The notes beneath the pieces were generated by a model that saw only the letters and a program-made list of their open reading frames with translations, was not told the DNA's origin and searched no databases. From NCBI GenBank assembly GCA_050251015.1, contig JBFWNO010000001.1:80645-144644 (forward strand): 64,000 nt of DNA, written 5' to 3'. The stretch is from Planctomycetota bacterium. GTDB taxonomy: Bacteria; Planctomycetota; JBFWNO01. Position 1 is the stretch's first letter; each line of letters opens with the position of its first letter. Below, in pieces: positions 16,164 to 24,046 of the stretch. Both the position numbers and the translations under genes were made by a program.

Positions 16164-17108
16164 CTATCCCAGCTCCAACATGCGCTCGAGGGGCCGGCGG
16201 GCACGGGCCATCAGCTCGGCATCCATTTCGAGACGCGGTGCCAGGTCGCGCAGGCACAGGTAGAGTTTTTCAAGTGTGTTTTTTTGCATGTGGGGGCACC
16301 GGTTGCAGGCGCAACCCTCATCTGTGGGAAGCTCATAAAAAGTCTTGCCCGGGCTGGAGCGTCTCATCTGGTGCAGGATGCCGGCCTCGGTGCCAATGAT
16401 GAACTCGGTGGCGGGATCCTCACGCGTGAACTTCAGAAGGGCTGAAGTGGAGCCAATGAAATGGGCATGCTTGAGAAGCCGCGGCTCGCATTCGGGGTGG
16501 GCGATCACGCGGGCTCCGGGATGCTCGGCCATGAGTTGCACAAGGGCCTTTTCGCTGAAGATCTCGTGCACGATGCAGGTCCCCTGCCAGAGCGTCATCT
16601 CGCGTCCTGTCTTCTTGACCAGCCAGGCCCCCAGGTTCCTGTCGGGCGCAAAAAGGATGGGCTTCCCCTGAGGAATGGATCGGATCACCCTCTCAGCGTT
16701 ACTCGAGGTGCAAATGATGTCGCTGAGGGCTTTCACTTCGGCCGAACAGTTGATGTAACTGACCACAGCGTGATCAGGATTGTGGCGCTTCCAGGCCGCC
16801 AACTGGCTGGCCGGGCAGGAATCGGCCAGGGAACAGCCCGCCTCCATGTCAGGAATCACCACAATCTTCCCAGGGTTGAGGATCTTGGCTGTCTCGGCCA
16901 TGAAGTGCACGCCACAAAAGACGATGACATCGCCCGTGGCCTTTTGGGCGCACTGGGCAAGATAAAGACTGTCGCCGAGTTCATCCGCCAGGTCCTGGAT
17001 CTCGCTATCCTGGTAATAATGCGCCAGGATGATGGCGCGGCGCTCCCTTTTGAGGCGCCTGATCTCGGCTTCCAGGTCGAGATCCAGGGCTGAAAGGGCG
17101 GTGGCCAT
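16164..17108 (-). CDS. nadA: quinolinate synthase
   Basis: IILAHYYQDSEIQDLAD, VFCGVHFMAETAKIL; 314 aa. Confidence 0.95.
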   Translation of the reverse strand: MATALSALDLDLEAEIRRLKRERRAIILAHYYQDSEIQDLADELGDSLYLAQCAQKATGDVIVFCGVHFMAETAKILNPGKIVVIPDMEAGCSLADSCPASQLAAWKRHNPDHAVVSYINCSAEVKALSDIICTSSNAERVIRSIPQGKPILFAPDRNLGAWLVKKTGREMTLWQGTCIVHEIFSEKALVQLMAEHPGARVIAHPECEPRLLKHAHFIGSTSALLKFTREDPATEFIIGTEAGILHQMRRSSPGKTFYELPTDEGCACNRCPHMQKNTLEKLYLCLRDLAPRLEMDAELMARARRPLERMLELG

Positions 17109-17115
17109 GGGGGAA

Positions 17116-17124
17116 ATTCTAGCA
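17116..17124 (-). promoter_or_regulatory. extended -10 (TGCTAGAAT), 7 nt upstream of the nadA ATG (leaderless-type)
   Basis: The minus strand reads TGCTAGAAT-TTCCCCC-ATG. No Shine-Dalgarno sequence. Confidence 0.5.
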
Positions 17125-17162
17125 AAGTGCGCCCTTCAACCCTCCATCGCAAAAACACGGAC

Positions 17163-17168
17163 TATAAT
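17163..17168 (+). promoter_or_regulatory. -10 box TATAAT, 6 nt upstream of ATG 17175 (leaderless-type)
   Basis: TATAAT-GAAAGA-ATG. Confidence 0.5.
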
Positions 17169-17174
17169 GAAAGA

Positions 17175-18209
17175 ATGAAGAGACCCATTTGGGCCTTGGC
17201 CATTCTCACGGGCATCATTTCGTTGACCCTCCATGCGGAAGAGGACCCATGGGGCAATCCCGTGCCCCAGCAGGAAAATCCGGAACCGCAGAAACAAAAT
17301 CCGCAGAACGAGATCCAAGCCCTGCAACAGGCCCTCTTGAATCCGGACGGACTGGCACAACTTCTGGGCAAGCCCCTTCTTGAGGCCAAAAGCGAACACT
17401 TCCGCATCATCAGCATGCTATCGGACTCTGACAACAGGGCCATCCTTGAGCACACTGAGAAGGCCGTAGCCGAGCTTGGAAAGATCCTGCAGGATCCTGA
17501 CATCTTCGCCACCGTTCCCGACAAACTTGTCTTTCTCATTCTCGACAGCCGGGAAGCCTATGAAACCTATGTGAAGACCATGGTGAAGGCCCAGGTCTCC
17601 GATGAAGTCAATGCCGGCCTCCTGCTGCGAGCTGCAGGGTTTGCCATTCCCACCCAATCCGAGATTTTCAAGATCAACCAGCTCCACCCCCAGGCCCCGC
17701 GGGTGCACAACTGCGGGTTTGTGGCCCATGGAGCCGTGACCCACTTCCTGGAAGCCTGGAAGAATCCTGGCAAGGGATCCAAGCCCCTGCCCGCCTGGTT
17801 CAGGGTTGGGGCCGTGTTGCTTGTGGATATGAAAATCTCCGGCAACGGCGGCTACTATGAGATCGCCTACGGCAAGGCGGATTCCAAGGATGAATACCGT
17901 GATGTGTCCAAGAGGGAGGACTGGCTCAGGCTCTACAAGGATGCCAAGGAACCCCTGTCCCTTGAAAAGGTGATCAACACTTCCTTTGCCGCCTTCACCC
18001 ACGAGTGTCGGGCCATTTCCTGGATGGCCTGCGAGACCCTACTCGAAAGCAAAAAAAAGGGCATCATGGCCGAGCTGACCGAAAAGTTCCGCACGGCGGG
18101 TGACTACGAAACCTGCCTCACCGAGGTCACGGGCTGGAACTACAAGAAGTTTTCCAGCCGGATGGCTGACTGGGTGAATTCCCAGAAGATCGCCAAAGAA
18201 AAGAAATAA
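17175..18209 (+). CDS. secreted hypothetical protein
   Basis: Signal peptide MKRPIWALAILTGIISLTLHA/EE followed by a Gln/Pro-rich linker. The ORF-track start at 17127 would read through the TATAAT box. Confidence 0.7.
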   Translation: MKRPIWALAILTGIISLTLHAEEDPWGNPVPQQENPEPQKQNPQNEIQALQQALLNPDGLAQLLGKPLLEAKSEHFRIISMLSDSDNRAILEHTEKAVAELGKILQDPDIFATVPDKLVFLILDSREAYETYVKTMVKAQVSDEVNAGLLLRAAGFAIPTQSEIFKINQLHPQAPRVHNCGFVAHGAVTHFLEAWKNPGKGSKPLPAWFRVGAVLLVDMKISGNGGYYEIAYGKADSKDEYRDVSKREDWLRLYKDAKEPLSLEKVINTSFAAFTHECRAISWMACETLLESKKKGIMAELTEKFRTAGDYETCLTEVTGWNYKKFSSRMADWVNSQKIAKEKK

Positions 18210-18221
18210 ACCCACGGGTTT

Positions 18222-19241
18222 ATGAAGGGTCTTTTCCTCATCCAGGGAACCGAGGTGCCCTCCAGCCGTTACCGTGTCCTGCAGTTCCTCAACACCTGGG
18301 AATCCGCCGGCCATGTATCCCGCGTGTTGAGTTTGGACAGCGCCCTGGAACACTGGAAGGGCACTGTAGAAGAGGCCCGCGGCAGCCATGTGGTTTTTCT
18401 CCACCGCAAGCGTCTGTCCCCAGGAAAGATCAGGGACTTGGGGGCGGGAGGGGCCCGACTTGTCTACGATGTGGATGACGCCGTGATGTTCCGAGATGCC
18501 CTGAAGCCCGGCCGATCCCGCAGTGTCCTTCGCCAGTGGCGCTACGACCGCACAACATCGGCCGTTGACCAGGTGATCGTGGGTAATTCCTTCATCGCCA
18601 AGCACACACCCGGCGCCAGAAACCTTGCCATCCTGCCGACCCTGATCGACCTGTCGAGATATCCCCCAAGGCCAACCGGCTCCGCGCCATCCCTCTTCCC
18701 CACCCTGGTGTGGATTGGCGATGGCGGATCCCTGCACTACCTTGAAAAGCTGGGCCCTGTTCTCGATGAAGTGAGCCGCCGTGTCCCTCATGTATGTCTG
18801 AAAGTGATCTGCAACCGTTTCCCCAAGTTTGAGTCCATGCCTGTGATTGAGGTTCCCTGGAGCGCCGCCACGGAGGTGGGTGAATTGGCCTCCAGCGATG
18901 TCGGGCTTATGCCTCTCGGCGAGGATCCCTGGTCGCAGGGGAAGTGCTCTCTCAAGTTCCTCCAATACCTCGCGGCGGGCATCCCCGGTGTGGTGACCCC
19001 GGTGGGACTCAACGCCGACATCCTGGGCGGGGCCGACTGCGGCCGTGGGGCCCGCACACCGGAAGAGTGGGTCGGCCATCTCACCACCCTTCTCCAAGAT
19101 CGCGAGCTCTGCCGGAGTCTTGGAGCCAAGGGACGCGCACTCGTGGAGCGGGACTATGCCCTAGAAGCACGGGCCGGGGAATGGGTCAGCCTTGTTTCCG
19201 GTTCACTCCAGCAGGGTCAGATCCCCGTAGGAATAAAATAG
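18222..19241 (+). CDS. glycosyltransferase, GT-B fold (GT1/GT4-like)
   Basis: 339 aa. The C-terminal half carries SSDVGLMPLGEDPWSQGKCSLKFLQYLAAGIPGV. Confidence 0.75.
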   Translation: MKGLFLIQGTEVPSSRYRVLQFLNTWESAGHVSRVLSLDSALEHWKGTVEEARGSHVVFLHRKRLSPGKIRDLGAGGARLVYDVDDAVMFRDALKPGRSRSVLRQWRYDRTTSAVDQVIVGNSFIAKHTPGARNLAILPTLIDLSRYPPRPTGSAPSLFPTLVWIGDGGSLHYLEKLGPVLDEVSRRVPHVCLKVICNRFPKFESMPVIEVPWSAATEVGELASSDVGLMPLGEDPWSQGKCSLKFLQYLAAGIPGVVTPVGLNADILGGADCGRGARTPEEWVGHLTTLLQDRELCRSLGAKGRALVERDYALEARAGEWVSLVSGSLQQGQIPVGIK

Positions 19242-20213
19242 GTATCCCATCCCCGCCGCCTCGCCGTAGGCCTTAAGCAGCCTTTGGCGGCCGCTGAAAG
19301 CCGCGGCCAGGAGTAGAAGCGAGCTTCGGGGAAGGTGGAAGTTTGTCAGCAAAAGGTCCGTCCAGCGAAACCGGAACGGACTCGTGATGGTGAGCGCAAT
19401 GTCGCCATCAAGGCTCCTGGCGCCGGGTCGTCGCGCCAGGGCCTCAAGCACACGGCAGCTTGTGGTGCCGACGGCAGCAACCCTTCGCCCTCTTCCACGG
19501 GCCTGCTGGATGGCGTCAAGGGTCTCGGGGGACACGCTGGCGGATTCTCCCAGCACACGATGCGCCAGGGGATCGGCGGCTCTCACGGGAAGGAAGGTAC
19601 CAGGACCGACATGCAGGGTGAGGCTCACGAGGCTGTGTCCCGCCCCCTCTAGTCGGCGGCGCAGGCCCTCGTGAAAATGCAGGCCGGCCGTGGGAGCAGC
19701 CACAGCACCCTCACGGCGGGCGTAGCTGGTCTGATAATCATCCTCGTCCTCTGGCAAAGGCCCCCTGCCGAAATACGGGGGAATCGGAAGCTCGCCCTTT
19801 GATGCCATGATTTCGCGTGGATCCGATGCCCCGAAATCAAGGATGGCGAAACCATCACTCTCGCGTTGCTGGAGCTTGACCCTGGATCCCGCAAGATCAA
19901 AGTCCTCGCCCTCCTTCACCGACCCGCCCAGCAACACTCTCCACAGGGAAGATCCCACGGGAGACAGGACGAGGGCCTCCACCGCACCCCCCGAATCACG
20001 GCGCCCCCTGAGGCGGGCCTTCACCACTCGGGTGTCATTGAGGACAAAGAGGGTCTTGGGCGGTACCAATTCGGGAAGGTCATCGGCCCGATGATGCGTG
20101 GGCTGACCATGATGGGGAAGCCTGAGCAGGCGCGTGACGCTACGGTCCCGGCGAGGATGACGGGCCACGCTCCCCTCGGGAAGGGGAAAGTCGTAGCCCT
20201 CTATGCCGATCAC
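19203..20213 (-). CDS. queA: S-adenosylmethionine:tRNA ribosyltransferase-isomerase
   Basis: YDFPLPEGSVARHP, FVLNDTRVVKARL, GELPIPPYF, YQTSYA...APTAGLHF, TNFHLPRSSLL. GTG 20213 forms a GTGA overlap with the scpB stop. Confidence 0.9.
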   Translation of the reverse strand: MIGIEGYDFPLPEGSVARHPRRDRSVTRLLRLPHHGQPTHHRADDLPELVPPKTLFVLNDTRVVKARLRGRRDSGGAVEALVLSPVGSSLWRVLLGGSVKEGEDFDLAGSRVKLQQRESDGFAILDFGASDPREIMASKGELPIPPYFGRGPLPEDEDDYQTSYARREGAVAAPTAGLHFHEGLRRRLEGAGHSLVSLTLHVGPGTFLPVRAADPLAHRVLGESASVSPETLDAIQQARGRGRRVAAVGTTSCRVLEALARRPGARSLDGDIALTITSPFRFRWTDLLLTNFHLPRSSLLLLAAAFSGRQRLLKAYGEAAGMGYLFYSYGDLTLLE

Positions 20214-20881
20214 GCTGTCAGCGAGGAATCCGGGCCCGGAAGAGCCTTGAGGTCTGCAAGACCGAAAGTCTCGAGGAATTTCTGCGTGGTGCCATACAAG
20301 AGGGGCCGGCCCACGGTCTCGGCCTGGCCCGTGATCTTCAGGAGTCCCTTTTCCAGGAGGCTCTTCATGAGTGGACCCGAGCTCACGCCACGGATCGCAT
20401 CCACCTCCGCACGAGTGATGGGCTGGCGATAGGCCACGACCGCCAGGGTTTCCAAGGCCGCCTGCGACAACCGGGTCTCCGTTTTGTGTTTGAACAGCCG
20501 CCTGATCCATGGCGAAAATTCGGGAAGCGTCATCAGAAGCCAGCCTCCGCCCACCCTTTCAGCCCTCACACTGGCACCTCGGGCCTCAAGGTCGGCATTC
20601 AGGGAAGCCACCAAGGTGCCCATATCCTCGATCTCGGCACCTCGAAGAAGATGCCGCAACCGTTGCGATGTCAGGGGCTCGCGGGTGCTGAACAGCAGGG
20701 CCTCAAGAATGGGCTTGGGATTTTGGAGCAGTTTCTCCAAGACAACGGGGTCGTCCTCGGAGGGAAGATCCGCTTCCTGGGGTTCCACCAGTTCAAGGGG
20801 GCTCTCGGGGATGGCCTCATTATTGGCAGGGTCTTCCTTGGGCATGACTCCAGTGTCGCCTTGAGGAAGGGCTCCGGTCAA
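20210..20881 (-). CDS. scpB: segregation and condensation protein B
   Basis: ILEALLFSTREPLTSQRL and LSQAALETLAVVAYRQPITRAEVDAIRGV...GRPLLYGTTQKFLETFGL. The start may instead be ATG 20845. Confidence 0.85.
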   Translation of the reverse strand: MTGALPQGDTGVMPKEDPANNEAIPESPLELVEPQEADLPSEDDPVVLEKLLQNPKPILEALLFSTREPLTSQRLRHLLRGAEIEDMGTLVASLNADLEARGASVRAERVGGGWLLMTLPEFSPWIRRLFKHKTETRLSQAALETLAVVAYRQPITRAEVDAIRGVSSGPLMKSLLEKGLLKITGQAETVGRPLLYGTTQKFLETFGLADLKALPGPDSSLTA

Positions 20882-20917
20882 GCGGGAAGGTGAGTAAAAT
20901 ACCCTTTCTTCTTATAT

Positions 20918-21466
20918 ATGCTCAAGGCCCTGACCATTCTCAACCTCTTTCTTGGAACCAGTTCCCTGGCCCTGTATGCCAGACTGGCCGGGGCCTCGGC
21001 CCTGAATCCGCCCTCCCAGGATGCCATGATCCTGCTGGCAGTGGGTGTGGCAGGCTTGGGGGCAGCGGCAGGGGCCCTCAAGCGCACCTCCATTTTTATG
21101 CATGGCCTGGCCATGTGCCTCTTCATGGCCTTTGCCATGGGTGGTGAATCCACAGGTCAGGCTTCGGGTGAGCTCAAGGGATTGTTGGGACGTCTGCCCT
21201 CCAAGGATGGCATCCTTCCCCTGGCCGGCATGGTCCTGGCCGGGCTCGCTTCCCTGATGGATGTCCGCACCATGAAGGCCCGCCGCACCAAGACACCGAC
21301 CCCCCCCGATGACATCCCGCAGGCCCCCAAACCTGCACAGGCCCCGGCTCAGGCCGCGCCTGAAACCAAGGTGGTGCGCTGCACTTGCGGCAAGCCTCTG
21401 AGGGTATCCGTCAAATCCAAGAGTGCCCGTTGTCCTTCATGCCAATCCGTGCTGAAGCTGTCGTGA
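20918..21466 (+). CDS. membrane protein with C-terminal zinc-ribbon (CxC...CxxC)
   Basis: Four hydrophobic segments, a Pro/Ala linker, then VVRCTCGKPLRVSVKSKSARCPSCQSVL. Confidence 0.65.
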   Translation: MLKALTILNLFLGTSSLALYARLAGASALNPPSQDAMILLAVGVAGLGAAAGALKRTSIFMHGLAMCLFMAFAMGGESTGQASGELKGLLGRLPSKDGILPLAGMVLAGLASLMDVRTMKARRTKTPTPPDDIPQAPKPAQAPAQAAPETKVVRCTCGKPLRVSVKSKSARCPSCQSVLKLS

Positions 21467-21861
21467 GCCCCTTGAAGGCCTGCGGCTGGATCCTGGATTG
21501 GAAGGGACGAACCCTCCTCCTGCGCAATGCTCTCCGCCAGGAATGGGGCCTCCCCAAGGGGCATGCCGAACCCGGCGAAACCGAAATGCAGACTGCCCTG
21601 CGCGAACTTCATGAGGAAACGGGAATGACGAAAGACAACCTTGCCATCGATCCGGATTTTCGGATCGTGGAAACCTACGGCGTCTGGACAAAGCCTGGAT
21701 TCCGCCGCGAGAAGAGCTGCGTGTATTTTCGGGCCCGTTGCCGCCGATCCGAGGTCACGCTCAGCCCGGAACATGACGAACATCGTTGGGCCACGGCCCC
21801 CGACATCGTGCGCAGTGTGAAGCATCCGCAACTGCGCAAGGCCATTTTGGGGGCCCGATGA
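21463..21861 (+). CDS. NUDIX hydrolase
   Basis: Nudix box GLPKGHAEPGETEMQTALRELHEETGM. GTG 21463 forms a GTGA overlap with the upstream stop. Confidence 0.85.
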   Translation: MSPLKACGWILDWKGRTLLLRNALRQEWGLPKGHAEPGETEMQTALRELHEETGMTKDNLAIDPDFRIVETYGVWTKPGFRREKSCVYFRARCRRSEVTLSPEHDEHRWATAPDIVRSVKHPQLRKAILGAR

Positions 21862-23003
21862 ACGGCCTGGAGATCCCACTTTCTATTCCCGATGCTTCCC
21901 TTCCAATGTCCCTGGCTGCCGGCACCCTTGTGGGTGCCTTGCTGGCATCCCTGAGGGTCAGAGTGGCCACCTGCCTCTTCGCGTCCACCGTCCTCAGCCT
22001 CCTCCTGCTCACTCGTGTCACGGACAACTGGAAGTTGTCCACTTTGATCTCGGGATTGGAGACCACTGTATTTCTTGTCGATCGGGCCATCCTGGAAATG
22101 GAAACTCTCTGGATTGCCGCTCTTCTTGCGGGAGCTGAAGTAATCAGGCGCGTCCTGAGAGCCGCGGTCCCCGGCCAGGGCTCCAGCGTGCCCGGCATCC
22201 TGATGGGCTACCTTGTGAGGCCCCTCTCTCTAGCCGCGGAAGCTCCCGCAGGCACCCTGCCGGAAGAAGCGGCAAGACACCGGTGGCTGGGGAGTGCCCT
22301 TGCTCCGGTGGCCCCCTCCCTCCCTTGGGTGGCCTCAACCTCCATCATCACTGGCCTGGCTCCTTCGCTTATCCTGGGTCAGTTGTGGCCCCTGCCTGTC
22401 GCCGTCCTGTGCGGAGGTCTGGTCCTGCTCAGGAACTGCCAAGGGGGTGGGGGCCTGAACAAGGCGGCACTCAGACTCCTGATTCCTGCCCTGGCCATGC
22501 TGGCCCCCGCCCTTTTCCTCGACACCCAACCTTACATCCTCTGTCTGGTGGCCCTTGCGTTTGTGATGGGCTTTTTGCCAATGCGCAAGAAGGCCGGAGC
22601 CCTCTGGATCCCACGACCTGATGTCACTGCCATGCTGGTGATGGCCTGCGCCCTCTCCAGCCTTTCCGCATATGGCGACCTCGCCGCCAGCGGATCTCGG
22701 TTGGCGCTTCCCAGGATTGTGATGGAGTCCGTCATGAGTCTGGGCGGCATCTGGGTCCTGGGGGCTTGGTCGCTCTTGCTGGGTCTTGTGGGGGGATCCT
22801 TTGCGTATGCCTGGTTCGCCCTGCTTCCCTTTGCCCATGCTCTCCCGGATTCCACCGGGCTTTTGGTTGCCTCGGCATGTGCCTTCACAGGTAGCCGCCT
22901 CTCACCTGTGGGCCTCCTCAGGGATTCGGCCACCCCGTCCCTCGCTATCAGGTTGGCACTGCCAGCCATCGTCACCCTCATCATCATCTGGTATCTCTCC
23001 TGA
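21858..23003 (+). CDS. polytopic membrane protein, unknown function
   Basis: 381 aa. ATGA overlap with the Nudix stop. Many hydrophobic helices. Confidence 0.65.
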   Translation: MNGLEIPLSIPDASLPMSLAAGTLVGALLASLRVRVATCLFASTVLSLLLLTRVTDNWKLSTLISGLETTVFLVDRAILEMETLWIAALLAGAEVIRRVLRAAVPGQGSSVPGILMGYLVRPLSLAAEAPAGTLPEEAARHRWLGSALAPVAPSLPWVASTSIITGLAPSLILGQLWPLPVAVLCGGLVLLRNCQGGGGLNKAALRLLIPALAMLAPALFLDTQPYILCLVALAFVMGFLPMRKKAGALWIPRPDVTAMLVMACALSSLSAYGDLAASGSRLALPRIVMESVMSLGGIWVLGAWSLLLGLVGGSFAYAWFALLPFAHALPDSTGLLVASACAFTGSRLSPVGLLRDSATPSLAIRLALPAIVTLIIIWYLS

Positions 23004-23015
23004 AAGGACGTTCCC

Positions 23016-23579
23016 ATGATCCGTTCCACCGACATCCGTAAAGGTCTGGCTCTCCGCATCGAGGGTGTTTCCGGTCTTGTGGTCGAGGCCCAGCACCGTA
23101 CCCCCGGCAACAAGAGAGGCTTCATGCAGGTCAAACTGAAGAGCTTTGACAACGGGGCCTTCTATTCCTACAAGATCCCCTCCGGCGACAACGTCGAGAA
23201 GATTGATGTGGAAACGCGTGCCGCCCAGTACCTGTACCGTGACGGAAACGCGCATGTCTTCATGGACAGCGAGAACTACGAACAGTACCCCCTCAATGGC
23301 GATGCCATCGAGGGCGTGCTCCCTTACCTGGTGCCCAACTCCCCCGCCAATCTGGTGGTGCTCGACGGAAAACCCGTGGGCGTGGAATTGCCCTCGAGCG
23401 TGGTGCTCAGCGTCACGCACACCGAAGACGTGGCCCGTGGCGACACAGCCAACAACCTGACCAAGGAAGCCCAGCTTGAAACGGGCATCAGCATCAAGGT
23501 GCCCGCCTACATCAAGACGGGCGAAAGGGTGAAGGTGAACACGGAAACTGGTGAGTTCCTGGAAAGGGCCAAGTCGTGA
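23016..23579 (+). CDS. efp: elongation factor P
   Basis: Full-length similarity to EF-P (...VKLKSF..., GDTANNLTKEAQLETG, VPAYIKTGERVKVNTETGEFLERA). AAAGGA lies upstream. Confidence 0.9.
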   Translation: MIRSTDIRKGLALRIEGVSGLVVEAQHRTPGNKRGFMQVKLKSFDNGAFYSYKIPSGDNVEKIDVETRAAQYLYRDGNAHVFMDSENYEQYPLNGDAIEGVLPYLVPNSPANLVVLDGKPVGVELPSSVVLSVTHTEDVARGDTANNLTKEAQLETGISIKVPAYIKTGERVKVNTETGEFLERAKS

Positions 23580-24046
23580 AGTTGTGGGTTCTCCCGTTTC
23601 TCCTGGCCTCCTGCATGACAGGGGATGTCGAGCTTTTCGAGCCGCAAACGGGTCGGAGGCTGGCTACGTTCTCGGTGGAACCCTGCATCAACCTCACCGA
23701 TGAGGATGGGGCACCCCTGGAACTTGAAAGAAGCGTCCGCGAACTTTTGCGCCAGCGTTACCGCCTCGAAACGGTGCCCGAACAGGGAGATATCCGTCTT
23801 CGCCTGACGCTCAGGCTCCTGCGCCGGGGAACACTCAGGCAATCCAGCGATGCCCAGCTTGAACGCCGCGTGATCGCACAGGCGGAACTGGAATGGCTTC
23901 GGGAAGACGGCTCGGTGCGCCGTCATTCCATGAAACTCATCAGCGAACCTTACATCGACAGGGCTTCAGGCGACCTTGAAGCCATCCAGAATGTGTTGCT
24001 AGCCAGGTTGGCCGACAGCCTAGTGGTGGACCTATTAGAACCCTGA
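23576..24046 (+). CDS. lipoprotein (possible LptE analogue)
   Basis: GTG start in a GTGA overlap with the efp stop. Lipobox LLASC. Lies directly upstream of the LptD-like gene. Confidence 0.6.
   Translation: MKLWVLPFLLASCMTGDVELFEPQTGRRLATFSVEPCINLTDEDGAPLELERSVRELLRQRYRLETVPEQGDIRLRLTLRLLRRGTLRQSSDAQLERRVIAQAELEWLREDGSVRRHSMKLISEPYIDRASGDLEAIQNVLLARLADSLVVDLLEP

Noticed and set aside
19203-20510. N-terminal extensions of ORF-track models: queA to 20510, GT4 to 49866, GT4 to 52372, GT2 to 53112, Mqn to 59620, deacetylase to 43550
   Set aside because: The extensions overlap the preceding gene by 100-300 nt and carry no family residues. In every case an ATG or GTG forming a 4-nt overlap with the upstream stop restores a normal protein length.
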